From the NCBI RefSeq assembly GCF_000143415.4, contig NW_003314397.1:248001-312000 (forward strand): a stretch of 64,000 nucleotides of DNA. The letters are read 5' to 3'. The notes under the pieces are model-generated. The model saw nothing but the letters and a program-made list of their open reading frames with translations, made no database searches and was not told the DNA's origin. Positions 39,093-50,451 of this stretch are shown one piece after another. Each line of letters begins with the position of its first letter. Position 1 is the stretch's first letter. The position numbers and the translations under genes were made by a program. Source of the DNA: Selaginella moellendorffii. Taxonomy: Eukaryota; Plantae; Lycopodiophyta.

Positions 39093-40741
39093 TCAATCAG
39101 CTGAGTTCTGCAGGGCTCCATCACTCTGGACGCGGTGAATACTTTTGAGCTGAGCCATCTTGGAGTCTCGGAGTTGCTGCTGCTCGTGATGGTGATGGTG
39201 ATGGTGCTGATGCTGGCCTCCTCGATTTCCAACTCGCAGAGCGGTGCTCGAGGTGGAAGCGCTGCTGCTCCTCTTGCTCGAGGACGCGTTGTGGTGAGGA
39301 GAGTGCCTGGAGCTCCCGGCGGCGAATGATCTCGCCACAGCGTCCCTGTTGGAGATGCCCCCCTTGATGGGCTGCTTGTTGAGGAAGATGAGATTTGGAG
39401 CGAGGCCAGTGACGAATCTCTTGAGCTGTTCTTCGCCAACATTAACGAGCACTGGATTTCCAACCAGGTTGATGGCCACGAGGGACGTGTAAGCCGCGGC
39501 AATCTGGCCCAAGGATTTTGTGGAGGCGAGGCGGTTGAAGCTGAGGTCCAGGCACGAGAGCTTCGTCAGCCTGTGGAGGCCTTCCACTTCGTTGATCTTG
39601 TTGCAAGCCAGGTAAAGCTCGCGTATGGAGGTACAGTTTGCCAGTCCTGGAAGATCAAGGTGAGAAGAGATGAGAAGCTCCAAGCTAACTAACGTGTTAC
39701 CTTGTCCGATTCGCAGGATCCTGTTGTACGAGAGGTTTAACGAGCGTAGCTTGGTGAGCTCCCGGAGTCCTTCGATGACAGTGATTTTGTTCCTCGAGAG
39801 GTCGAGAGAATGCAAACCTTTGGGAAGAACTCCTGGAGTGATCCTCACTGCAAAGGAACTTAGCAATTGCGAGGTGAGTTTCGAGCTTACCGATAGCGTT
39901 GGCCGAGAGCTTGAGTGTTTTCAAATGAGAGAAGGTGGACAGGCACGGTATGAGAGTGAGGCCGATGCCACTGAAATGAGCTGTTGTCGAGTGGAAATCC
40001 AGTGAGCGAGCCACCGAGTTTGCGAGCTCTACGTCCCTGCTGCTGTGGTTGCTGCTGCGAGCAGCGTGATTCGTCGCCGACGTCTCCCCAACCGGGAGCT
40101 CGATCAATGGCTCGGTTGACGATGTGTCGATGCTCTTCACCCATTCTTCCACTCGGTCCTGCGTAGTGAACATCGCGGTGGTGTTGGAGTGGAAGTCACT
40201 AGATTGGAGAACGACTCTTGTTCTCTGTTGATCATCTTCATCGTCGCCAAGCTGATCATCTTCGTTGTGATCGTCGTCGCCAGGCTGCTTACGTTCTTCT
40301 GGATCCTCCGGAAGAGCAAGAGCAAGATTGGCTCTAGCATCGTCAGTCGCGTCGTTGATGTTGATGGCGATGGCGTTGGTGTTGGTGGCATCAATAACCT
40401 CCTCCGACGTAGCAGAGCTCTCGGTAAAGTCGCGTCCATACAGTCCCGGGTCACTGAAAACGTCGCCAACTTCTAGAGCCACTTGTTCTTCGTGTGCCGC
40501 GTGTTCGAAGGAACTTTGCGTGTCCCCTTGGATCGCCTGGAGCTCTACGTCCGGGGACGTGATTGCTGGCGCAGCTTGCGACGCTGGAGTCGTGGAAACA
40601 GTGAAAGACTCGTCACCTTCTGGAAGTTCGAGCTGAAAGAACAAAACAGCGAAGAATGAGCCAAGCAAAGGTCTAGACTTTTCGTACCTTTATCTTGTTC
40701 GCCTTGCGGCTAAAAACTGGCAAGCAAAAGACCTTCCCCAT
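39093..40741 (-). CDS. Cytoplasmic LRR protein (SDS22-type repeats; plant MASP1 / 'outer arm dynein light chain 1'-like), 4 exons
   Basis: Exon 1 MGKVFCLPVFSRKANKIK, acidic linker, RVEEWV, LPKGLHSLDLSRNKITVIEGLRELTKLRSLNLSYNRI, INLVGNP, C-terminal His tract. Confidence 0.85.
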
Positions 40742-42299
40742 GATCGATCAAAGATGAAAGCTATGAAAACTAGAAAGAAACTAAGGGAAAAAAAAAAGGG
40801 AACTACGAAGAACCTCGCCGAAAAGGCTACATTTGAGTTGCAACTTGGAGCGCCACCAGTTGGATGCTATTAGCCGTAATCCACAGAGACTCCCTGGACC
40901 ATGCGACACGCCCTCCAAATCTGCGACTCGCTCGCTCCCTTGTTACACGCCGCCGCCGCCACCACCAAAGATGGTTGCTCGAGAAGTCTCGCTTCTCGCT
41001 CCCTCAAGAGCTGTGGCGTGGAGCTCCGAGACACTGGGACTAGAAAAGTGGCCAGAGTGAAGGGATTGATGGGCTTTTGCTGTGAGAAAGAAGATCTATC
41101 TGTCTAAGCAATGACCCAATGGCGGCGATCCCTTTCCAGTCTCACCACAAGGAAGAACCAACCGGAGCCAGAGAGAAAAAAGAAAAGTCCGATGCGCTGT
41201 GTAGCGCCGCTTCCTCCAACCCTACAGCCCACCGTCGTGCTTCTTGGGTCCTACGCGCTTATAAAAATGGAGGGCAAAAATTTTTTTTCTTCCTCTTCTT
41301 CTCCTTTCTTTGTTTCTCTTGCATCACTGGAATCTGTGACTCCAAGCGTTTTGGCTTTCCTTTGTTGGGTGGTGCCTCTCTTGTCCTTTTCTCTATAACT
41401 GCCTTTGGCCACCACTTATTTTGCTTTGGATCAAATCCCGGGAGTGGTGAATCGAAGGACGCGTCGAGAGCTCTAAATTCTCTTGGTCTGGGGGGGGCTG
41501 CTGACTTGCATTTCTTCTGGGAAAAGCTTGTTTCTTCCAGCAGCCTCTAGAAAAGACAAAAATGATCTACGTGTAGAAACTAGCCTACCTGATGAGATGG
41601 AGAAAGCACTTACAAGTGTGTCCGGTGGAGCAAATCTTTACTTGGAGGATCCATCATTCAGTCCACTCGCAGGACTAAAGTCCACTCTCGCCTGAGACTC
41701 AGCCGCGTGGTGAAGCTCGTGTCTCGGGAGACAAACACAGTGCTTACCTCGTGCTGCTCCCATTGCCAAATCGAGAAAACGATACGTCAGTCTCATGCTC
41801 ACACATGAAAGATCGATAGATCATAAGATTGGCTGTATGGATTCAGAAAAAGGGAAACTCATCCTTGTGACGTGTAACTTCCACGGGATAACAATAGACT
41901 TTGCGTCGTTCTCTCGTTGGATTTGACCAACATTTGGGAGAACTCCACAAGTTTCATGGGGTGGGGACTTCCGGTTATGAGAGAAAAGTTGAAAAAATGA
42001 AGAGGGAAATGGAATGTGAATCTCTCTTTCCACAAGCTCAAATGCCCTCCATTCTACTCAAGGATAGTCCATACAAGAAAGAAACAAAGACTTTCCCTTC
42101 CATTCCAGTATGGACACTCGCAAGCACGGAGGCAATCGTCTGGAGAAGAACAGAGTCCAAGTCTGCGTGTACTTGTTTCATTGAGCGTTTGTTTTGTGGA
42201 GGTGATCAACTCCTGAAGCTCAAGACGATACCATCCGGCTAATCGATCAGGCAGAGAGGATGTGAAACGTACTGGAGCATTCAATCCGGTACTTTAGGT

Positions 42300-45200
42300 T
42301 TATCTATGGATTGGAGTTTGAGAGTTTTGTCTTGTGGGACGTCCAGGGTGCTCATAAGGGCTTGATTGCAACTTGTGCAATGGCCCACAAGACAAAATCA
42401 CTTTTAACAGCCACATTACACTCCAAAAAATTCAGGTTTGAGCACACACAAGTGTCATGCACACACAAATCTTGTCGTAATGGATAACCTACGTCCAATG
42501 GCAAGCAACTGTGGTTAGGGTATGGATCCATCACTGCTCCTTGAGCTTGCCACACTTAGCATTGCCGCATGATGAGTCAATCAATGGGCTGTGATTGATC
42601 AATGGGTTTAGCGATTGATTGATCGATCACACCCAGCCTATTGATTGATTAAAGGGCCACATAACATTAATCAACAATCCAGGGTGAGTTAGTATGGGCA
42701 AATTAATGGATCCTTCAAAGCAATAAAGCATTTATACATTTGCACAAAGACTTTACATACATTTGTGAACTGTTGAGGTTACTCACCACCTTGATTTGTA
42801 GGTTAAAGTTACAAAAATTTGGTCCTAAGTCCTCTTTTCCTTACTTATAAGCAAGTTTTCATAGATCATCATGCTCATAAGGGGGCTAGCATCTCATGGA
42901 AAATGTCACATAGTGCCTCTACCTCCTCACTTAGAACTAGTAAGTCACAAGGAGCCACTGTCATATGGCACCTCCACCTCCTCACTTGTAACCATTACAT
43001 AGTGAGGAGCATTCCCCTCGCTAGCTAAAGCATCCTCCTCATCATATGGAGCCACTAGCTCGCTGGCTGAGGGAACCTCAACTAAAGCCTCCTCCACCAT
43101 CACCTTGGGCCCATATGAAGTGCTTTGTAAAGAAAAAATTCCAAAAAGAAACAAAGGATATCTACTAAACTTACATGTCATAAATGAATATTACACCATT
43201 CGTAATGATACAAACTCCATTAGGTACAGTATCTTGCGCTTGTAGAATTGCTTTCTTTGCAATTCTTTTGCAACACTGCAATCTCCATGATAGTAGAATG
43301 CTCTTCTGCCACTCCCTCTTCACCTTTCCTCTATAGCTCTACTTGTGTTGCTCTCCTCATGACTTGTAATGGAGGAGGAGAAAAAAAAATCTAAAAAGAA
43401 ACAAAGGATATCTATTAAGTATAGATGATCATTGCATCATTCGTAGCAATATAAACCTTGTCAAGTGTGGCATCTTGCACTTGTAGAGTTGCTTTCTCTA
43501 CATTCTTAGGATCCAACACTACTTTTTCTACAATCTCCTCAACAATAGGATGCTCTTCTGCCACTCCCTTTTCACCTTCCTCCATAGCATTATCCTCTAC
43601 TTATGTTGTTGGCTCCACAATTTGCAATAGATGAGGGTTGTGTAGAAACCCCCACACAACACACTCGCTATGTCAGGAGAAAGGAGGATAACATGGTCTT
43701 CAATCTTGAGTCTACACCTCAACAAATATTGCCACTAAGCTACACTCTTAGTGCCTATTCTAATAGAATATGAATCTTTCTCTTAGAAAGAAAAACACAC
43801 ACACACATAAAAGCATAAATATGTAGACCATCCCATTATCCTTAGTTAGCATAGCAATGCCTAATTTCTTGATGCTTTGCAAAAGAAATGAGATGAATAA
43901 CTTCATATATATTTCAAAATTCAAAATATATCAGTAGGACTCAGAAGTAATACAAGTGTCTGGGCCTAACAAGTTAGCAAACTGCCACATTGTAGACATG
44001 TACCCAAATATACATTGTTTATACTAGTGCAAAACTCTCAACTCCTATAGTACACTTTATCTCTTTTCCCTTGAGCCAATTAAAAAAGGGATAATTGTTT
44101 GATGAGAAAGCTTTTAGTAGTTATTTTATCCCCATTTATTCCTTAAGATTCCAAAAATCCATAGTGACAATAAATTTAAATTTCATCCCATGATCACATG
44201 TGTTATAGCTCCTCAACCATGGAAAGAAAAATCTCAAATAAAAAATGCATATACATTAGAGAGGAATGGGCATAAATTGGTAATTTACTTACGTGTAACT
44301 GTTGCATTGTAATGCACCATAACACAATCACTACAACACTCATTATACTTAAGCTAAAAGAAAAAACCCAAGACATACACTATCAGTTTGTAATGTAACA
44401 AATTGTTACAATGAAAAAAACTACCATGCTCAATACCCTAAACACCTAAAGTTTGTTTGCCTTTGCGATCCAATTGATCAAACTTGCCACCACAATACAA
44501 TCAAAATTGCACTCCAATCACACTTATCACCGCACTTTAATCACACTCGTTGCCACACTCTAATTGATTGTAATTGCTATTGTACTAGATTAGGGCACCA
44601 TCTGCAAGAAATATGATGCACAATCAATTGGTGTTTACATTAGGGCACATTACATCTCCAAGTTGTAAGAAAACACAAGAACTAAATTACAACTATGACA
44701 AATGAGCCACAATTGTAAGAAATGAGTTATAGTTGCAAGAAATAAGCTACACTTATTTTTTCTAGATTCCATAATGGTTCATCTTGTAATCATTTTATTT
44801 CATTTTGTATACTATCTACAAATTTTATATATTTATATTCTAATAGTTTAATTTAATATAATCCATTATATCTTGTACTTTTTGTAATGATATATAAGCA
44901 AAATTTTGTGTTTTTGTTCATATCAATTATATCTGTTATTTTTATTGTTTTTTCTTCATGTAAGCCACAAATTTTCCTTTTCTAATTTGTTAGCTTACTT
45001 CATATATATCGATCACCTTTGCATTGACATTAATTAAGTTTTCTTACCAAGGTTCTCGCCTATTGTATTAACTCCTATTTGGTCCTACTTAAATTCAATA
45101 ACTCACTGCAGAAATAATGGGGTGTTACTTATCTATCCAAGGATTTAAGTTCAGCTATACTCCCCACATACACAAGCAGCCAAACACACTAATCCTCTAA

Positions 45201-45850
45201 ATTTCTAACATCCCTTAGTATAATAAAATTTTATTATAAAACCTTTTAAATCCTAATTTTTGGGTGCATCTCTTGTTTTAGAACTTTAGAGGGAAACACT
45301 ATAACCTAACAACCTAATATAAATACCTTTATTCCTATATAATACTTAAATGGGGTATCATTCCATATGAGCCAAGAGCACTATAACTAATTTTTCTTCC
45401 GGGAGTGAAAGTTGCTTTTAAGCACTTGCTTTGGGCTTTTACCCCACAATTGTATTAGTATTTAGATTCAGTCTATATATTAAAATTATAATGCTTTGAT
45501 ATTTCAGCTCTCTTTTATTTTCTTACCTATATTACATTTTATATATCATATTGTGTGTAATATTTTAATTCTCATATTGCATCATTTACTAGTCCATCTA
45601 GAATATAAATTTCTATTTATAATGCATTCCTTTAGTTTAGTATGGGCCTTTTGGCAATTTAATTGTTTTGGGACATATATTTAAGCCAGTCATGCACACA
45701 AGATTAGAGCCACCATATTACCATTAGCAAGCTGTGAAATCTCTCTAAAAACCACTCTCTATTGTAAAGTTTATAAGAATATTATTAAACACATTTAAAT
45801 GCTTCAAAGAAAGGGCAACATTCCCTTCTTTTTAACTTTGTTGTTCAACC
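42300..45850. mobile_element. AT-rich degenerate transposon relic block with internal tandem and inverted repeats
   Basis: CpG-poor with no long ORFs. Hairpin at 42578-42652, ~250-bp tandem duplication at 43125-43620, ~21-nt repeats at 44660-44750. Confidence 0.6.
43125..43620. repeat. Diverged ~250-bp tandem duplication
   Basis: aaaaagaaacaaaggatatcta (~43143 and ~43393), tcttgc.cttgtaga.ttgctttct (~43232 and ~43473), atgctcttctgccactccct (~43278 and ~43551). Confidence 0.85.
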
Positions 45851-46056
45851 TAAACTGTAGAGGAATATCCTGATGGATCTCTTAAATTTAGAACTTGAAG
45901 AAACTCAGCTTTGATACCTTTCTCTGCCAACTGCAAACGTCGTGTAGGTCAATTTGAGGCGACTGAGTGGTTCCAAACCGACGGTATCACACTCGCCAGA
46001 ACATTCTAATTAGCATCCACCTGTCTTAAGCAGTTAGTTTTGAAATCCAGAAACAT

Positions 46057-48295
46057 CTACTTAGGCACACTGCGCCCAACTGACTCGAGCCGTCGCTTCT
46101 TGAAATGGGGCTGGGGCCCTTCGTCTTTCCTGCAAGTGAAAACAAAGCAAGTTAAGTGCAAAAAAGCACAAGAAACGCCATACTTACTGCACGTGAAGCT
46201 TACAGTAGCCACCCTTTTCAACCCAGTTTCTGCAAGGTGTGTAGTCGTCACGGTTTCTGCCCATGCAATAGTCCATCACTCGCGACTGCAGGATGGTAGG
46301 TTCTACCAACATGAGCCGCTGGTCAAAGTAGCCGAGATCATCGCGGACGTCAGAGAGCTTCTTGAACTGTACATCGACTATGGGGACGATTTCCTCATCT
46401 TGCTCATCAGGCGGCAAGTCAGTTTGCTTGATGTTCTCCGGCATTATATAGTAGTATCGAACCTCATACTCGCTGTAGCCGGTCATGGCCTCCTTCCAAG
46501 CAGGTAGAACCACGGACTTCCAAACTAGGTGCGACTTCTTCTTAGATTTCAGCTTCCATTTCGCAACGGAAATCTGCAAGGCGTAGAAAATCAGTGTAGT
46601 GCCGTTTCTCACCTTCACCAACAGGAGATCGATCGCTTTCTCGTTGTACGCCTTGGGAACCAGAAGTACGCCTTCTTCAAGCTCCCTATCTTGACCTTGC
46701 AAACACAGGCAGGTCTGCTTTTCCCCACCCTTGGGATACTGCATGACGTGTTTGAAGGCAGTAGTGTCATCTCCCATGAAGACTCGCCCCTGGTACTGCA
46801 TTACGTCAATCAGAAGCCCTTCCATATTCCAGCCTATACGGGGGGTACGCTGGGGAGTCTGCTGCCTTATCAGATCCAGTTTAACCACGTTGACCCACTC
46901 CTTGATATCCAGTGTGGCTAAAGCGGCTTCCACCTCCCTGTATCTTGCTAAGAGCAGCCTCTTTGCCTCAACCTGCAGATAGGGGCAGAGGAAGCTAAGC
47001 TCCGTTCCTTCAGTGAAAAAACACGTCTGGTTCACGTGCTCCAGCTCGGCTTTCAAGTTTCCCTGGAGAATCAATCTAGAGGCTGCTTCCAACTCCTCCA
47101 CTGTGTTCAGCTTCTTAATCAGCTCGCTCCAAAGCTTGCTGGTATATGGTAGATGAATATGTGTCAGGTACTTCTCAACATCCCACAGTGACACCTTAAA
47201 GTAGTTCAGTAGCCGTGGCATTCCTCCAGTGAGGAATTCCATGTCCTGCTGTCGTTCTATCGGTAATTTCGTTATCCCCAGCCACGTCATAAGCTCTTGA
47301 TCGCTGAAAGGCCCATCAAGCTCAAGCCTGCTTGTGATATCCACCAGCGCCTCCCTGTCGTCTGTCAGTCTGAATAGATGCTCTTTGCTGTTCACCGAAG
47401 CAACTACAACCAGCGGATGCCGTTGCCGAGCCCGTAGTATACTCTGCTTTGCCTCAGACTTTTTGGCCGCGTCTGGGTCCTCCACAGCATTCTTGACATG
47501 CAGCGACTCCCAGTCATCAACCACAAAGACCAGTTTGTCGCCGCCACTGTAACGACACCAGTTTTCCAGCTCAGGCAAGGTTTTCTCCTTGAGAATATCT
47601 AGCCAAATCTTCTCCTTCCCGTAGAATGCCAGCAGCAAGGCCCCCCGCAAGGTGGGCAGGGGCTCATGTATGTATGATTTTGCGTCCAGATAAACTATCT
47701 GCTTCAGCCCAGCCTGTTGGATGTGGCTGCAAACTGATGCAACCACTAACGTCTTCCCGGATCCCTTTGCACCCACCAGCCGCAGATAAGTCTCGCCCTC
47801 CAAGCCGCAGATGCCCTCGTAGACAGAATGGCTTATGGTCCGTCCTATGAACAAGTAGACCTGCTGCTGTCCGCAACTCCACCAAGTTTGCTCCTTGGGA
47901 GGTATTGCACCAAGCCAGAGAAGTCTGTAAGCCTCACGCTCGTTCCAGAGGTAGCTAGGGTCGTCCTTCAACGGCAGCCACCAATCGCGAAGGCATGAGC
48001 CAACCTGGACAGCTTCGCTCCAAGTAGTTACAAGGGGGACGATGCAAGCTGCACGAAAACAAGCCAGTGTAGGTGCAACAAGAGAAGAGAGCAACGAGAG
48101 CATACCTAAGTGCCTTTTGAAAGCGTATTTCCCCGGGAAACTCGAGTAATCATAGTCCCTGAGGTCCTTCAGCGTGGAAATCGTATCTTCCTCCAGCGCC
48201 TTCACGCAAGCCTCAATGGAGGAGCTCATTTGAGCTTTTGGAAATGCCCACTTCAGGTGATCGTCTATGGAGTCGTCTAGGCTCAGCATCTTCAT
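46057..48295 (-). CDS. Crinkler/RHS (CR)-type protein: SAM-like header + P-loop NTPase + PD-(D/E)xK REase-like domain + C3H Zn finger + NLS
   Basis: 703-aa ORF. Walker A GAKGSGKT, Walker B LVFVVDD, FLTGGMPRLL, GWNME...LLVPKAYNEKAIDLLLV...YALQISVA, CMGRNRDDYTPCRN...YCKLH. Predicted introns at 48049-48105 (in frame) and 46130-46187; the latter adds a KKRR tail. Confidence 0.75.
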
Positions 48296-48450
48296 CTCCC
48301 TGGCTTTGCCCTGCCCTGTTTAAGGATTTGGCTAGCCCAACCTTGCCTTTTTATGTTACTAGTGTATTTATTTGGACTGGGGATGCGTCCTTGCCAACTT
48401 TGCAGTTGGCGATTGTTCACTTGTGCAAACGCACGCTGTTGGCAAGCCGG

Positions 48451-49420
48451 TAACGAACACATGGCACATGGTGAGTGATATGGAGGATGCGTTACTATTG
48501 GCACTGTTCCTTCAAGTGGCGAGCTTCACTACTTTAAGAATGTTCGCTACTCCATGAACTTGGGTGCCGTTATGGAAACATAATCGGCAAGATATGCTGT
48601 CAAGGTCCAAGTTTACGACTCGAGGGGGAATAACGAGTGGAGCAGGACTCGCAACAGCGTGTTCAAGGATTTCGACGTGCATGCCATGGAGTCACCAGGA
48701 TGCGCTGCGCAGTGTCTGGGAGGCCGACAAGGAGAGATGTGGATGCCGGATCCTTCTTCTCGGAGAAGGGAAACAAGACGCCTCTGGTTGATGACAGCGA
48801 CCACCACCAGTTTGTGGCGTGCAATGGCAAGATACTCGACTTCTGGCACTTTGACCGCATCCTGAAAGTGAGACAGCGCTGCCATTCTCGGGCGCAGGAC
48901 TGGATCTCTGATGTCCCCAAGAAGTTTGCGGGGGAGGGAAACGGATATGGTTTCAGGCGTGTAATGTTGTGGACGGAGTGGTGGTGCTGGAACTCCCTTA
49001 CAACGTCGATGAAGAAGAGGCAGAGGAAGAGGAGGAGGAAGATCAGGAAGAGAAGAGCAAGCAAGAGGGAGGGGCAAACACGGTTCCAGATGAGAAGCAG
49101 GAGGAAGAAGAGGAAGTTGGCGATGACAGGATTTTGGTACCAGTGTATAACTCAGAGTGGCAGAAACTACCATATATAACGAGCATGCGTGTGAAGCTGT
49201 TTACTTCAGGCCTAACAACACCATCTGCTTGATAGATGAAGAAGCTAAGAACTTGAAGCGAAAAAAGATGGCATGAACTCGAATTTACATTGTTTGATGT
49301 TTTTTTAGAATCAATATCTATGGCTTCAGACGGATGCCTATCTTGCCAAAATTGAGCTTGTCAATGGCAGACGATTTTTATTGATTGACTTACATTGACT
49401 TCTGTGAATTGAAAGACGCA
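48451..49420 (+). pseudogene. Degenerate F-box-like gene remnant, copy A
   Basis: Frameshifted fragments ALRSVW, HQFVACNGKIL and ILVPVYNSEWQKLP resemble F-box/F-box-associated motifs. Colinear with 49842-50451. Confidence 0.5.
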
Positions 49421-49841
49421 GTCACCGTTCACCGGACAGATTGAGGAAATGATGCTCTTAATCATCTCATGTTGTGCTCTAGGTCAAAGAAGGAATGGAG
49501 AGCAAGCAAAAGTTCGTACACCTTCAATATATCAGTGTTAGATTCGAGAGGATCAATATCCAAATCCTCATGAGAGAGTGCATGGAATTGATTGGCCTAG
49601 ATGCAGAACTCCTTGATCCCGTTGTGTTTGGTTGGAGCTATAAGCTTTTAAATGCAAGTCAGCAGCCACGAGATTTGAACCGGAAAAGAGGAAAGTTAAA
49701 AACTAAGAAAAGTTGTGGAGAGTTTAGAGCTAGAGATCCATCATCACATTGCAATTCTAGCCCCTTACACGGGAGTGGCAGTCCGAACTTTAGGTTTATC
49801 ATTTCTGGAAGCACAAGATCTCTACCAAGGGAAAGTACGCG

Positions 49842-50451
49842 TAACGAACACGTGGCACATGGTAAAACCACGGTAATGGCACTGCGTCCTTCAAGACTTT
49901 CAAGATTTTAAGATTGTTCGCTTGGGTCAGGAGTCCAGATATTATTTCCAGCAAGATCTGCTCCTTGCGCTGCGCAGTGTTTGGCAGGCCGTGGCGATGT
50001 GGACTTCTTCTCGGAGGAGTCGTCGAACGAGAGGACTTTGGGTGATGACATTGACCCTCACCATTTTGTGACCTGTAACGGCAAGATGCTCGACTTTTGA
50101 GAGCGCTCCCATTCTCGGGCGCAGTGCCGGATCCTTGAGGTCCCCAGGAAGTTTGTGGGATATGGGTTTCGGGCGTTCAATGCTGGTTCACAACGACGAT
50201 GACGAGGGAGAAGTGAAAGTGGACAACGCAGACAGGATTTTGGTGGTGTATAACTCAGCAATTGAGAGGTGGCGGAAGTTACCATGCATTGACACCATCT
50301 GCTTGAAGGATGAAGAAACGAAGAACTATGAACTTTACTTACATTTGTTTAATATTGATTTTCATCTTTCCAAAATGCAAAAGAGTCGATATTTGTGACT
50401 TCACACCATCTGAGTGACGCTGATCTCTCCACTCTGTGAATTGAAGGACGC
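49842..50451 (+). pseudogene. Degenerate F-box-like gene remnant, copy B
   Basis: Blocks shared with copy A: taacgaacac.tggcacatggt, tgcgctgcgcagtgt, ccattctcgggcgcag, gacaggattttggt...gtgtataactcag, tctgtgaattgaa.gacgca. Reads ILVVYNSAIERWRKLP, with in-frame stops. Confidence 0.5.

Noticed and set aside
41480-42280. Coding-like fragments between the LRR gene promoter and the relic block
   Set aside because: Broken frames with no motif I can assign. Needs BLASTX.
44660-44752. ~21-nt repeats (a.ttg.aagaaa) superficially like a CRISPR array
   Set aside because: Degenerate, no unique spacers of regular length, no cas genes, eukaryotic context. More likely TE subterminal repeats.
46184-48295. 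Interpretation as an NB-ARC/NLR resistance gene
   Set aside because: Lacks the GLPL/MHD motifs and LRR/TPR repeats. It has a nuclease-like C-terminus instead.
49495-49911. 138-aa ORF between the two F-box-like copies
   Set aside because: No recognisable family, and the 3' half runs into promoter-like duplicated sequence.
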